Positions 1 to 16,399 of a stretch of 64,000 nt of DNA are shown here, piece after piece. Numbering within the stretch: the stretch's first letter is position 1; each line of letters opens with the position of its first letter. The stretch lies in the NCBI RefSeq assembly GCF_009914755.1, contig NC_060929.1; one strand, written 5' to 3'. A program made the translations under genes and the position numbers. The stretch is from the human T2T-CHM13v2.0 reference genome, Homo sapiens. Below the pieces are notes generated by a model, which saw nothing but the letters and a program-made list of their open reading frames with translations, did no database searches and was not told where the DNA came from.

Positions 1-46
1 TGAACTCATCATTTTTTATGGCTGCATAGTATTCCATGGTGTATAT
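1..46 (-). mobile_element. L1PA ORF2 3' end fragment, inverted arm (continues left of the window)
   Basis: tgaactcatcattttttatggctgcatagtattccatggtgtatat is the reverse complement of L1 ...atatacaccatggaatactatgcagccataaaaaatgatgagttca; the same sense sequence occurs at ~37667-37711. Confidence 0.9.
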
Positions 47-273
47 AACAATGAGAACACATGGACACAAGAAGAGGAACATCACACACCGGGGACTGTT
101 GTGGGGTGGGGGAAGGGGGGAGGGATAGCATTAGGAGATATATCTAATGCTAAATGACGAGTTAATGGGTGCAGCACACCAACATGGCACATGTATACAT
201 ATGTAACAAACCTGCACATTATGCACATGTACCCTAAAACTTAAAGCATAATAATAAAAAAAAGAAAAAAAAA
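47..273 (+). mobile_element. Young L1PA 3' UTR with poly(A) tail
   Basis: aacaatgagaacacatggacac, G-rich tract, cctaaaacttaaagcataataata, then poly(A). Confidence 0.95.
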
Positions 274-275
274 TT

Positions 276-1335
276 ATAGCCATGTGAATCTGGCAACTAT
301 AAAAATGTTTACTCTCCATGAGTAAGTGGGAAATCAGATTCTCTTTCTCCCCAGATTTTGTTGCTGCTACTGAAAATATTTGTTTACTTAGTGGCTTTTC
401 TCAACTGGTGATGTCTATATGCTTTATTGATGTGGCCTCTGAAGTCTCTGATAGTCAACAAATGATTGGCCAAAGATTTCCTTAAATTCCCAGAACCACA
501 TTATTCCAGCCTTTGCTGAAGGGGTTCTGAGTGTATGCCGGAACATGCCTTCAGCACTCAGCCTGGCAGTTTCCAACTTTGACTTAGTCTTTACTTTCTG
601 CTTGTCCAGAGCCACAACATCATCCAGAGGTGAGAGCTCAGGACCTTTTCAGGTTTTTGCTGATCACCTGCACTGTCCTGGGCATGTGTAAACATGTTGG
701 AGCTTTTCAAAGTCCCTAAAGACATCTCATTTTCATAATTTTCTTTTTAAGCTTTTTGGTTAGTCTATTGTTTGCTCAGTTTCTATCCACTGCTTCAGGC
801 AGTCATGAAGTTACACAATTGCCTGTATATGTTTTCAACAAATGCTCATTGAGAATGAGTTTTTTGTTTGTTTGTTTGTTTGGCTTTTTTTTTTTTTGTA
901 ATGTGTGAGGTCCAAATCAGATCAATACATACAGCCTTGCAAGTGCGGTTTTCCAGAAAATCACCATGCAGGGTTTTTTTTTTTTTTTTAAGGCACTTAT
1001 TTAAAAATGAGGCTTTAAAGAGCTCCAACCACATTTTTAGTGGCTGCTAGACTGATGAATTTTAACAAGAATACTGACTGTTATGCTCAGAGCTGAAGAA
1101 ATGGGGATACAACCAGGGCAAGTTAAAACATCACAAATCTTGCTGTTCTTATTGGTATTCAGCCAGCTTTCTTGGATAAATGTTACTCTTGGTTGTTGTA
1201 AGACTTAATTTCTACAATTTTCAAAGAGTTATTTATCATATTGTTGTCAGTTTTCTCATTGTTTTCATGGAGGAAATAAATTTGGTGATTCTTTTTCCAC
1301 AATTTTCAGTGATGTCTTCTTTCTTCCAGCAATCT
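276..1335 (-). mobile_element. Old L1M (L1MD-like) 5' region
   Basis: Resembles recalled L1MD 5'-end antisense motifs (ggaaatcagattctc, gatttccttaaat, cactcagcctggcagttt); highly diverged. Confidence 0.5.
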
Positions 1336-1339
1336 TAAA

Positions 1340-2118
1340 AGTATGCTGGAAACTGTATTAAACAATAGAGCTTCCAAGAACCTGAAAGGTGTTGTTAGAA
1401 AGTAACCTCTTAACAGCATTCAAACAGAGACAGCCCTGTACTGAAGAAATTTGTAGGTATAACTCATCTAAGGAAGGAAACCTGAGTATATTTCAGAGGA
1501 GACACATGAAATTTTCAGGAGAATCATATTGGTGGAAGCACCAGTGGCTCAGCTAAAAAGATCACAGACAGAACAAAATGGAAAGGTACCGTTGAAACAC
1601 CAACATTCTATGAGAAGAAAAAGGTTACAACCTCTTAAACAAAATGAAGGATGAATGAGAAGTTTGAAAGAAAAGCGAGGAGCTCAGAGCCAAGAAACCC
1701 AGCAAATCATTTTCAGGATGCAGAACTAGGTCCTAATCAATGAACTACTGGCATGTATCTTATTGGATTTTAGATTTCCTGTGAGCCTATGCTATATGCC
1801 TCCTACCCCCATTCACTTTTGAAGAAGAGTGTTTGTTGTGACTATTCTAACTATGTATCACCATTGTATATTGGGTCTGTGAGCTTTAGACAACATGTTT
1901 CTTGACTTCTTAGTCTTAGATTGAGATAATTTGTACTCAAGGAACCTTACCTGAGAAATCTCTTTCATACCTGTATCTTATTTGGGTAATAACATCTTGG
2001 TTTTAAATTCTAAGCTTGATGAAATAATAGGATGAGGTTTTGGGGGGGGTCTTCAAAGTACAATGAGTATATTTTGCATGTAGGAATGAAGTAAATCACA
2101 GAGGACAAGAAGATCTAC
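1340..2118 (+). mobile_element. MaLR (MLT1) internal sequence remnant
   Basis: Ends in the typical MaLR-int 3' segment (gagtatattttgcatgtagg plus purine-rich tract) right before an LTR; the same motif lies at ~35625 and ~63690. Confidence 0.6.
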
Positions 2119-2689
2119 TGTGAGCGCTAGTCTCCAAAGATTAACCCCCAATTAATATATTTAAGTAGTGTGTATATTCACATACCTGTGCAGGGGTCAA
2201 TATGCCTTTAAATCTGAGCTGGCAAAGGTAAAATGTAATGGAAGTAACAATTTATGACCAAAGTTAAGTTAGAATGAGGCTTGAAGATTACTCTGTGATC
2301 TCTTAGAATACTTGCTCTCAGGGAAGCTGGCCAAGATGCAAGAAATCCTCTCACTAAGACCGTCATGAGTGAGGAAGCTCAATTTGGCCATGTGGGGAAG
2401 CTTCACAAAGAGATGAATGGCCAACTTCCAGTTGTTTCCAATATCCGAGCCCAGTCACCAGGCATATAAAAGAATAAACCATTTTGAGAATCTATCTTAA
2501 TCAAACATTCTGTTTACTTCAACCTCATAAAACTTGGTCTACAAACACATGAAAGAACCCCAGAACAAACCACCCAGCTGAACCACCAATTTTGTCAAAC
2601 CACAAAATCATCAGAGATGATCTTATGTTTTTGTTTCTTGCCATTAAACTTTGGAGTTGTTTGTTAAACAGAAATAGATTATTGGAATA
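2119..2689 (+). mobile_element. MLT1 LTR (MLT1F-like)
   Basis: Starts tgtg...ctccaaagat; ends with MLT1 3' motif gccattaaactttggagttgtttgttaaacagaaatagattattggaata. Confidence 0.7.
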
Positions 2690-3087
2690 TATTTTTGTTT
2701 TACTAATAAAATTTAGAAAGAGAAAAAAATGACCAATAACAGGTGAAGTACATAGCAGAAAATACTGGCTTATTGTTCACTGTAGGATGAAGGCTGAAAA
2801 GAAAATACAATCAGGACAGAATTTTTGCAACATTTTAAAAAATGTAGTGCTGCAAAAGTTCAGCCTGGCACTTACTTCTAAGATTGCAGTAATGTGTGGA
2901 AGATCCATTTAGTCATGTTCAGAGAGGCTGAGGGGAGACGTACATGGCCAACTACCAGTAGAAATACATAGATACTCTAAAGTATTGCAAAATCTAAGAT
3001 TAGATGACTTGTATTGTGGATATTTGGCAATCTTGAAACATAAAATTGACTAATTTAATGATAGAAGAATTTTTTTTTAATTTTGTG

Positions 3088-3175
3088 GAAGCACTGTTGT
3101 GTAGTGGATCACAGGTAGACTTTATAATTAGTTAACCTAGGTCCAAATCTTGGATCTGCCACTCAATTGAGTGAG
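3088..3175 (+). mobile_element. MIR fragment
   Basis: gtgtagtgg...cctaggtccaaatcttggatctgccactc matches the MIR tRNA-derived head/core. Confidence 0.55.
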
Positions 3176-3224
3176 AAATAGAATATTAAGATTTAAGTGT
3201 CCATGCATGCCTTCTCCTAATTAC

Positions 3225-3720
3225 ATTTGAGTGCACCCCAAATTGAATGTTATCCTTAATTAAAACATTATAGATTTGCTTTGTCATTTTCTAAATTTTA
3301 TTTAAGTAGAAAAATATATACAACATCGGTTATTTTGTTTCAGGCTTCTTTCACTCAATTGTTGCTCATGAGATTTATCCATTTTTTCCGGAAGAGTTGC
3401 AGTTTGTTGTTGAGTGCTTTCTTGAATTCAATTGTATGGGCAACTCAATTTATTTATCCATTTTACTCTTAATGGAAATCTCTTTGTTTCCAGTTTTGAC
3501 CTATTATGAATAATGTGGTGATTCTTCCTAAATATTTCAGATTGTGTATGTATGCATGTACTTCTGTTGGAATAAAATTGTTGGGTCAGAGAACATGTCT
3601 ATATTTAAATTAACTTAAAATTTAGAGGTAGATTTTTAAGTGGTTGTGCATTTTTACAACCCTTCAATGATATTTGAGAGATTATGATGCTCCACAGCCT
3701 TATCAATGCAAAATTTTCAT
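3225..3720 (-). mobile_element. Old L1M (L1ME-like) 3' region
   Basis: ggcttctttcactcaa...tgagatttatccat...tttatttatccattttactcttaatgga...ttgtttccagtttt: antisense L1M 3' motifs. Confidence 0.65.
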
Positions 3721-3721
3721 C

Positions 3722-7850
<4,129 letters not shown>

Positions 7851-7899
7851 CCATTCTAAAAAAAAATGTGCCATAGCCTTAAAGACTTATGAGTGTAAA

Positions 7900-9085
7900 A
7901 GGCAAGATTTGTCAAAGCAGATTTACATAAATTGTAGAGCTCACTTCCCTGGTCTATTTGACTATCCTTGCAGAAATACAGCAATGCTTTTATCGCTGTA
8001 CTTTTACAGTAAGTTTCAATATATAATGAAGCATGTCTTCTTATACTGTTCTTCAAGATTATTTTGGCTAATTTTGGTCTTATACATTCATATAAATTTT
8101 ATATTTAGTTTGTAAATTTCCAATAAATTGCATTGGCATTTGGAATAAGATTACATTGACTGTATAGATCATTTTTGGGTGAAATTGACATTTTTACAAT
8201 ATTGAGTTTTCCCATCCATGAACAAGACATTTCCTTTCATTTATTTAAGTCTTCTAAAATTTCTTTCAAACTCTAAATTGAAACATGAATGAGATCAGTT
8301 TTTCTTTATGTAATGTCCTTGTCTAGGTCATGCCTAACTTTACACACACACACACACACACACGCACACAGAGGTTGATAGATGTTTTTCTTTTTTCTGT
8401 GATTCTCTGAGAGACTGCCAAAATAGAATTTTTTTAATGCTTGATATAATTTACTGGTGAAGAAACTTGATGGAGAATTTACTTAAAAGGTAATAAGAAT
8501 TTATCTTTAATATAGTCTGTTTCCCCCTCTTCCTCTTTTGTCTTTTTTCTCTACTTTCCTTCCTGTATCCCTATTTTTCTGCCTCCCCCCTCTCTTTCCT
8601 TTATTCCTACATTTAATATATTAAATCTTGAAGTGTATTTTTTTATCTCTTGGTGCTTTATACTTAATGTCCATCTGCGCTTCTTCTCTGTCTTCTTCTT
8701 TGAAGTTACTAGCATATTAATTTACTTGAAGTCCTTGCATAATTCATGATGTTCTTATTTTTTCATTAATTCTTATTTAACTCTTTCATTTTAGGTAGTT
8801 TGTATTGATATAGCTACAAGTTTACCCATCTTCCATTCTGCAGTGTCTAATCTTTCATTAATTCTATCCATTTTTTTATTTAGAATATCAATTTGGGTCT
8901 TTTTAAAAAATACAATATGCAGGTCTCTACTTAACGTTTTGAACACATGGCATATTGTAATAATAATTGTTTTAATGTTATTGTCTGCTAATTCTGACAT
9001 CTGTTTCATTTTTGAGTCAGTTCCAATGGATTATCCTGGTCACTATGAATTGTGCTTATTTACTTCTTTAAATGACTGGTAATCC
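7900..9085 (-). mobile_element. Old L1M (L1MC-like) ORF2/ORF1 remnant, left part of the host element
   Basis: Antisense L1 ORF2 motifs (ttgacatttttacaatattgagttttcccatccatgaaca); ORF 8791-9009 gives ORF1 coiled-coil-like MDRINERLDTAE. Confidence 0.7.
8342..8370 (+). repeat. (CA)n microsatellite, one interruption
   Basis: Directly visible. Confidence 0.95.
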
Positions 9086-11030
9086 TTTTTTTTAACTTTT
9101 ATTTTAAGTCCAGGGGTATATGTGCAGAATATGCAGGTTTGATACATAAGTAAACATATGTCATGGGGGTTTGTCATACAGATTATTTCACCACCCAGAT
9201 ATTAAGCCGAGTATCCATTCATGATTTTTCCTGATCTTCTCCTTCCTCCCACCCTCCACACTCCAGTAGGCCCCAGTGTGTGTTGTTTCTCTCTATATGT
9301 CCCTGTGTTCTCATAATTTAGCTCCCACGTATAAGTGAGAATATGCCATATTTGGTTTTCTGTTCCTGCATTAGTTTGCTAAGGATAATAGCCTCCAGCT
9401 CAATACATGCCCCCAGGAAAAAAAAAAACATGATCTCATTCTTTTTTATGAATGCATAGTATTATATGGTGTATATGTACCACATCTTCTTTATCCAGTT
9501 TATCATTGATGGGCATTTAAGTTGATTCCATGATTTTGCTATTGTAAATAGTGCTGCAATAAAAACATATATGCATGGGTCTTTATAATAGAACGATTTA
9601 TATTCCTTTGGGTACATACCCAGTAATGAGATTGCTAGGTTGAATGGTATTTCTGTTTTCAGGTCTTTGAGGAATCGTCACACTCTCTTCCACAATGGTT
9701 GAAGTAATTTATACTCCCACCAGTGGTGTAAAAGGATTCCTTTTCTCCACAACCTAAATAGCATCTGTTATTTTCCGACTTTTTAATAATAGCCATTCTG
9801 ACTCATATGAGATGGTACCTCATTGTGGTTTTGATTTGCATTTCTCTAATGATCAGTGATTTTGAGCTTTTTTTCATATGATTGTTGGACCCATGTATGT
9901 CTTTTTTTGAGAAGTGTCTGTTCATGTTCTTTGCCCACTTTTTAATGGGGTTGTTTGCATTTTGCTTGTAAATTTGTTTATATTTCTTATAGATGCTGGA
10001 TATTAGACTTTTGTCAGATGCTTAGTTTGTAAAACTTTTCTCCTATTGTGTAGGTTGTCTGCTTACTCTCTCAATAGTATCTTTTGCTGTACAGTGATCT
10101 TTAGTTTAATCAGATCCCACTTGCCAATTTTTGCTTTTGTTGCAATTGCTCTTGGCATCTTCATCATGAAATCTTTGTCCATTTCTGTGTCATGAGTGGT
10201 GTTGCCTAGGTTGTCTTCCAAGGTTTTTAAAGTTTTGGGATTTACATTTAAGTCTTTAATCCATCTTGAGTTACTTTTTGTATATGGTGTAAGGAAGGGT
10301 TCCAGTTTCAATTTTCTGCATATGGCTAGCCAGTTATCCCAGCACCATTTATTGAAGTGGGAATCCTTTCCCCATTGCTTGTTTCTGTCAGGTTTGTTGA
10401 AGATCAGATAGTCGTAGGTGCGTAGTCTAATTTCTGATATCTCTATTCTGTTCCATTGGTCTATGTGTCTTTTGTTCTACCAGTACCATGCTGTTGTGGT
10501 TACTGTAGCCCTATAGTACAGTTTGAAGTCAAATAACATCATGGTTCCAGCTATGATATTTTTTGTAGGATTGTCTTGATTAGTCCAGCTCTTTTTTGAT
10601 TTCATATGAATTTTAGAGTAAGTTCTCCTAGTTATGTGAAGAATGTCATTGGTACTGTGATAGGAATAACATCAAATCTGTAAATTGCTTTGGGTCATAT
10701 GGCCATTTTAGCAATACTGATTTTTTTATCCATGAGCACAGGATGTTTTTGCATTTGTTTGTGTTGTCTCTGATTTCATTTAGGGGTGTTTTGTAGCTCT
10801 CCTTGTAGAGATTCTACACCTTCCTTGTTAGCTGTATTCATAGGTATTTTATTCTTTTTGTGGCAATTGTGAATGAGAACTCATTCCTGATTTGGCTCTC
10901 AGCTTGAATGTTATTGGTGTATAGGAATGCTAGTAATTTTTGCACATCGATTTTGTATCCTGAGACATTGCTGAAGTTGCTTATCAGCTCAAGAAGCTTT
11001 GGGGCTCAGACCTCCCAATTCAGGACTCCA
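9086..11030 (-). mobile_element. L1PA (about PA11-16) 3' UTR and ORF2 3' part: non-inverted arm of a 5'-inverted element
   Basis: Poly(T) at 9086, antisense 3' UTR, ORF2 peptide [23 protein letters not shown] (10063-10311). Confidence 0.95.
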
Positions 11031-13736
11031 GCTACCTCCTACAGTTGTGTTCAGTACAGCAACAGGTCCAGCCCCCCTGGGACTGAGCTCCCAGAGGGTG
11101 GGGGAGGCTGCCACCTTTGTTGTTTCATAGCCTCCACTGGTGATACCTCCAGGTACTGGAAAATCCCAGGCAACTGTGGTCTGTAGTTTTCCCCAGCAAG
11201 CTGCAGCAGCCCTTCAGAAAAGCAGCCAGACAAAAAAATAAAAATTAAAAAAAAAAAACTAAAGGTCAACAACACCAGTGTTTGATGGTAGATAAGCCCA
11301 CAAGAAATAGAAAATATCAATACAAGAATGCTGAAGAGTCAAAAAGCCAGAGTGCGCTCTTTCCTCAAATGACCACATCAGCTATCCAGCAAGGTTCAGA
11401 ACTGGGCTGAGATTGAGATGGCTGCAATGACAGAAGTAGAATTCAGAATGTGGATAAAAATGAACTGCAATGAGCTAAAGGACCGTGTTGTAACACAATG
11501 CAAGGGAACTAAAAACCATGATGAAACATTGCAGGAGCTGACAAACAAAGTAACCAATATAAAGAAGAATGTAACTAACCTGAGCGAGCTGAAAAACACA
11601 TTACAAGAATTTCATAATGAAATTGTAAGTATTAATAGCAGAATAGACCAAGTGGAGGAAAGAATCTCAGAGTTTAAAGACTGTCTTTCTAAAATAAGAC
11701 AGGCAGAAAAAATAGAGAAAAAAAAGGAATTAAAAAGAATGAACAAAACCTCTGAGAAATATGGAATTATGTAAAAAGACCAAATCTATGACTGATTGGT
11801 GTACCTGGAAAAGATGGGGAGAATGAAACCAATTTGGAAAATATATTTCAAAATATCATCTATGAAAAGTTCCCCAAATAGCAAGACAAGCCAACATTTA
11901 AATTCAGGAAATGCAGACAAAGAAGGGCATTACATATTGGCAAAGGGTTCAATTCAACAGGAAGATCTAACTATCCTAAACATATATGCACCCAACACAG
12001 AAGCACCCGGATTCATAAAGCAAGATCTTAGAGAGCTCCAAAGAGACATGGACTCCCACATAATAATAATGAGAGACATCATTCCACTGACAATATTAGA
12101 TTATTGAGACAGAAAATTAATGAAGTTATTCAAGACCTTAACTCAGCTCTGGATCAAATGGACCTGATAGATATTTGCAGAACTTTTTATCCGAAAACAG
12201 AATATCCATTCTTCTCATTGCCATTTAGCACTTGCTTTAAAATCGATCACATATCAGGAGTAAAACACTCCTCAACAAATGCAAAAGAACTGAATTAATA
12301 ACAAACAGTGTCTTGGGGCATGACCCCAATCAAATTAGTACTCAAAACTAAGAAATTCACTCAAAACCTTACAATTACATTGAAATTGAATACCTGCTCC
12401 TGAATGACTTTTGTGTATATAATGAAATTAAGGCAGAAATCAAGTTCTTTGAAAATAATGAGAACAAAGATAGAACATACCAGAATCTTTGGGACAGAGC
12501 TAAGGCAGTATTAAGAGGGAAATTTATATACTAAATGCCCACATCAAAAAGTCAGAAAGATCTCTAGTTAAAAACCTGATATCACAACTAAAAGAATCAG
12601 AAAACCAAAAGCAAACAAACCCCAAAACTTAGCAGAAGACAAGAAATAACCAAAATCAGGGCTGAATTGAAAGAGCTAAAGACACAAAAACACATTTAAA
12701 AGATCAGTGAATACAGGAGCTGTTTTTTTGAAAAAAAAAAAAAATAGACTGTTAGCTAGACTAATAAGGAAGATAGACGAGTCAAATAAATACAGTCACA
12801 AATGGTAAGAGGGATATTACCACTGATCCTACAGAAATACAGACAAGCATCAGAGAATATTATAAACACCTCTGTGCACATAAACTAGGAAACCTAGAAT
12901 AAATAGATGAATTCCTGGACACAAACATGCTCCCAAGACTGAGCAAGGAAGAAATTGAATCCCTGAACAGACTAATCACAAGTTCTGAAACTGAGGCAGT
13001 AATAAATAGCTCACCAACCAAAAAAAGTTCAGGACCAGAGGGATTCACAGCTGAATTCTATCAGATGTACAAAGGGCCAGGAACACTCCTACTGCAACTA
13101 TTCCCAAAAATTGAAAAAGGAGGGACTCCTCCATAACTCTATCGGGCCAGCATCATCCTGACACTGAAACCTGGCAGAGATACAACAAAAAAGAAAAGTT
13201 CAGGCCAATAAACTTGATGAACATCCATGTAAAAATTCTCAAAAAAATATACTGACAAACTGAATCCAGCAGCATATCAGAAAACTAATCCACCATGATC
13301 AAGTAGGCTTCATCCCCAAGATACAAAGTTGGTTCAACATACACAAATCAATAAATGAGTCATCATATAAACAGAACTAAAGACAAAAAACACATGATTA
13401 CCTCAACAGATGCAGAAAAGACTTTTGATAAAATACAACATCCCTTCATGTTAAAAACTCTCAATAAACAAGGTATTGAAGGAACATACCTCAAAATTAA
13501 AAGAGCCTTATATGACAAATTTGTGGCCAACATCATACTGAATGGGGAAAAACTGGAAATATTCCCCTTGAAAACTGTCACACAACAAGGATTCCCCCTC
13601 TTATCATTCCTATTCAACATAGTATTGGAAGTTCTGGCCAGGGCAATCAGGCAAGAGAAAGAAATAAAGGGCATCCAAATAGGAAGAGAGGAAGACAAAA
13701 TATTACTCTTTGCAGATGACATAATCCTATGTCTAG
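11031..13736 (+). mobile_element. Same L1PA, inverted arm: partial 5' UTR, ORF1 N-half, ORF2 EN-to-RT remnants
   Basis: ORF1-like 11418-11774; ORF2 EN DKEGHY...NIYAPN; [15 protein letters not shown]...LFADD (13355-13759); TSD aatg(a/t)ctggtaatc at ~9071-9084 and ~13737-13750. Confidence 0.95.
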
Positions 13737-14240
13737 AATGTCTGGTAATCTTTGATTAGATGACAAATATTGTTGAATTTGACTTTGTAGGGTGCTGGAT
13801 AATTGTAAATATTCCTGCATTTTAATCTAGGCTTCAGTTTGTTACTAGAAAATAATTTGATTCTTTTTATTTTGCTTTTATAATTTGTTAGGAAGATCAA
13901 AAATAGCGTTCCGATACAGGCTATTTATTCCCTACTATTGAGGCAATACTTCTTGAGTATTGTACACAATGTCCTGTGAATTCTGACTTTTTTCACTCTG
14001 ACTCTTGCAAAGAGGCACTTTTCCTGGCCTTGTGAGAGTGCTGAGTACTGTGTCTTCTAATTCTCTTAGGACTGGACTTAGCTCATCTCATTTGTTTCTT
14101 CTCTCTTAGGGATTATTGACCAATGTACAATGTCTTGAAAACTGTTGTTTCATATTTTATCCCTCCTTCTCTTTTATTCCATGTGGGAGGGTATATCAAG
14201 TCTTTGACATTATATGTTGAGTGCATGTAGAATTCTAGAC
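13737..14240 (-). mobile_element. Old L1M 5' region, right part of the host element
   Basis: Resumes at the second TSD copy; resembles L1MC-type 5' end antisense. Confidence 0.55.
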
Positions 14241-15041
14241 TGTCACTTTTAAAACTAAAAGTCAAAAATATGATTTATATATCAATATGAAAATTCTGCT
14301 TGTTCTTTTGTGGCACACATTTAATTTGGGGTCTAACTTGAGTTAAGTATAAGCAGACCTTTATTTTTCAACTACAATGAGATAATGAGTTTGTTCTTGT
14401 TAGTTAAAAAGGAACAAACTTGCTCACACATGTAGGAATTCTAAAGCTGAAGCAAAAGATTCACCAATTCCCACTAAATTGCAAAAAAACTCTTAGTTCA
14501 CAGATATCTAGGACTTATCTAGGGGCAGATGTTTAAATCTTATCTGAGTGTATGATCAGGCTGTAGCCCAAAAAGTTCTAACTCTTCTCTCAAAGTCAAA
14601 TGATCAGGCTGAGCAGAAGATTAAGATAAAATGTCCTGCACCAAATCATGCACTTGTTTTCAAAGGGAAGGAAAGCACTGTTCAATTTTGTACTGCATTC
14701 CCTCCAGGTGGTTTTCAATAGTACTTGACATTTGCTAATATCCTTTCTCACCCTCAAGTCCAGAGAGCAGAGAAAGTGTTTTATTGTTATTCTTTTGCAC
14801 ATAAAATTTTCCAAAAATTTGGTTTTATTTTTAATTCAATTAAATTTTTATTTAAAATTAAGACATTTTTCTAGGATCTTGTAGTCTTATGCAATTGGTT
14901 CATGTATTAAAAATGTCATCAAAGTAGACTGGCTCTACAACTATTATTCATCTTCAAGGTACTCAGTGAAATCTACCCAGTGCATTCTTGAAAGTATTCC
15001 AATAATTTACTTTTCAGTTCAAACACTTTTCAGTTCTTCAC

Positions 15042-15160
15042 AGTTTTTATGTGAAGAAATAGGAAATATTTTCACATAAAAACTAGACAGAAGCTTTCTG
15101 AGAAACTTCTTTGTGATGTGTGGTTTCATCTCACGGAGTTGAACCTTTCTTTTGATTGAG
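15042..15160 (+). repeat. Isolated partial alpha-satellite (ALR) monomer with a short inverted alphoid piece
   Basis: 15061-15160 aggaaatattttcacataaaaactagacagaagctttctgagaaacttctttgtgatgtgtggtttcatctcacggagttgaacctttcttttgattgag matches the alphoid consensus; 15042-15060 is an inverted copy of its start. Confidence 0.92.
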
Positions 15161-16399
15161 GTATGAAAGTTCTGTATTTAACAGGGAAATTAAATTAGTT
15201 TTATTCGCATTATTACAATTTTTTAAATAAGCCATTCCTAGCTGAACTGGACTGAGTTTAATATAATTAACTATTTTATAGCATTACACAGAAGTTTTTC
15301 CATTTTATTTCTAAGAATATTTAATATTAGCAGCTCTCTGTGGAGAAAACAGTGTGTTTTAATAATTTCAGGATTTTCTTTTTGTTATAAGAGAGGCAAA
15401 AATATTTCACGTAGTCTATCTTTGATTAGGTGCAACCAAAACAGATTACAATAGAAACCTTCCAAAATATCAATGCTTTTCCACATATTAAGACAAAATA
15501 TAAAATATGTCTTGGCTTATGTCTGTTTGTGGGAAACACTATGCAGAAGAAACTATTTTCCTGAATATCACTATAATTTATAGTTTTTACAAATGATACA
15601 GCATGACATTTGTTGGTGAAATTTGTTAACGTCAATTTGGTTATAGAGCTCGTTTTCCAGTTTATCACACAAAATCTTTTAAACATCATGGGGAATATCA
15701 TCGGTATGTCAATTTATCATACTACTTAAAATTAGAACACTTTTGGTTTCTTATACTGAATCTTGTTTAGTATTTGAGTCACTATTATTTTGCATGCTGA
15801 CAATAGTAGGTTCTCAAGAACTATGATTTTTCCCTTTTCTTGGCAATAACTTACTTCTAGACCGCTTTTACTGAATGCTGCCTTTGAAACGAAAGATTCA
15901 TTTTGTTTGTTTTGAGATACACATCAACTTTACTTACCAAATTTTTGTTTTTTTACTTTAGCTATCTTTTCGATTTTTCTGGAGCCATAGACTATCATAA
16001 TGGAGGGATAATTTGGATTGCCAGCTAATGTAAAAATCCATTGATAACTTTTTTGTAAAGATGAAAATTTTTTAGATCTCTGTTACATCAGTATAGTGAA
16101 ATGACTTAGAAAATTATAACTCTCCATTGCTAACCTATTCAGGATTTTTCATAGGCCTTGGCTTAGAATTTTTCTCTGCAATTTTTCATGTTATCTTAAC
16201 AAATCACCAAGTTAAACAAGTCAGATATATTTGTAAAAAAAAAAAAGAAAATAATTAAAATGCGAATTAAAAGGTATAGCATAAAATTAATGAGAAAATT
16301 ACAAAATTTATAAATAGTTAATAATGCAATTGACTTATAAACTACACATTTCAAGTTTAACAACTTTTACAATTATAGGAAAGTATTAAAGGGTAACCG

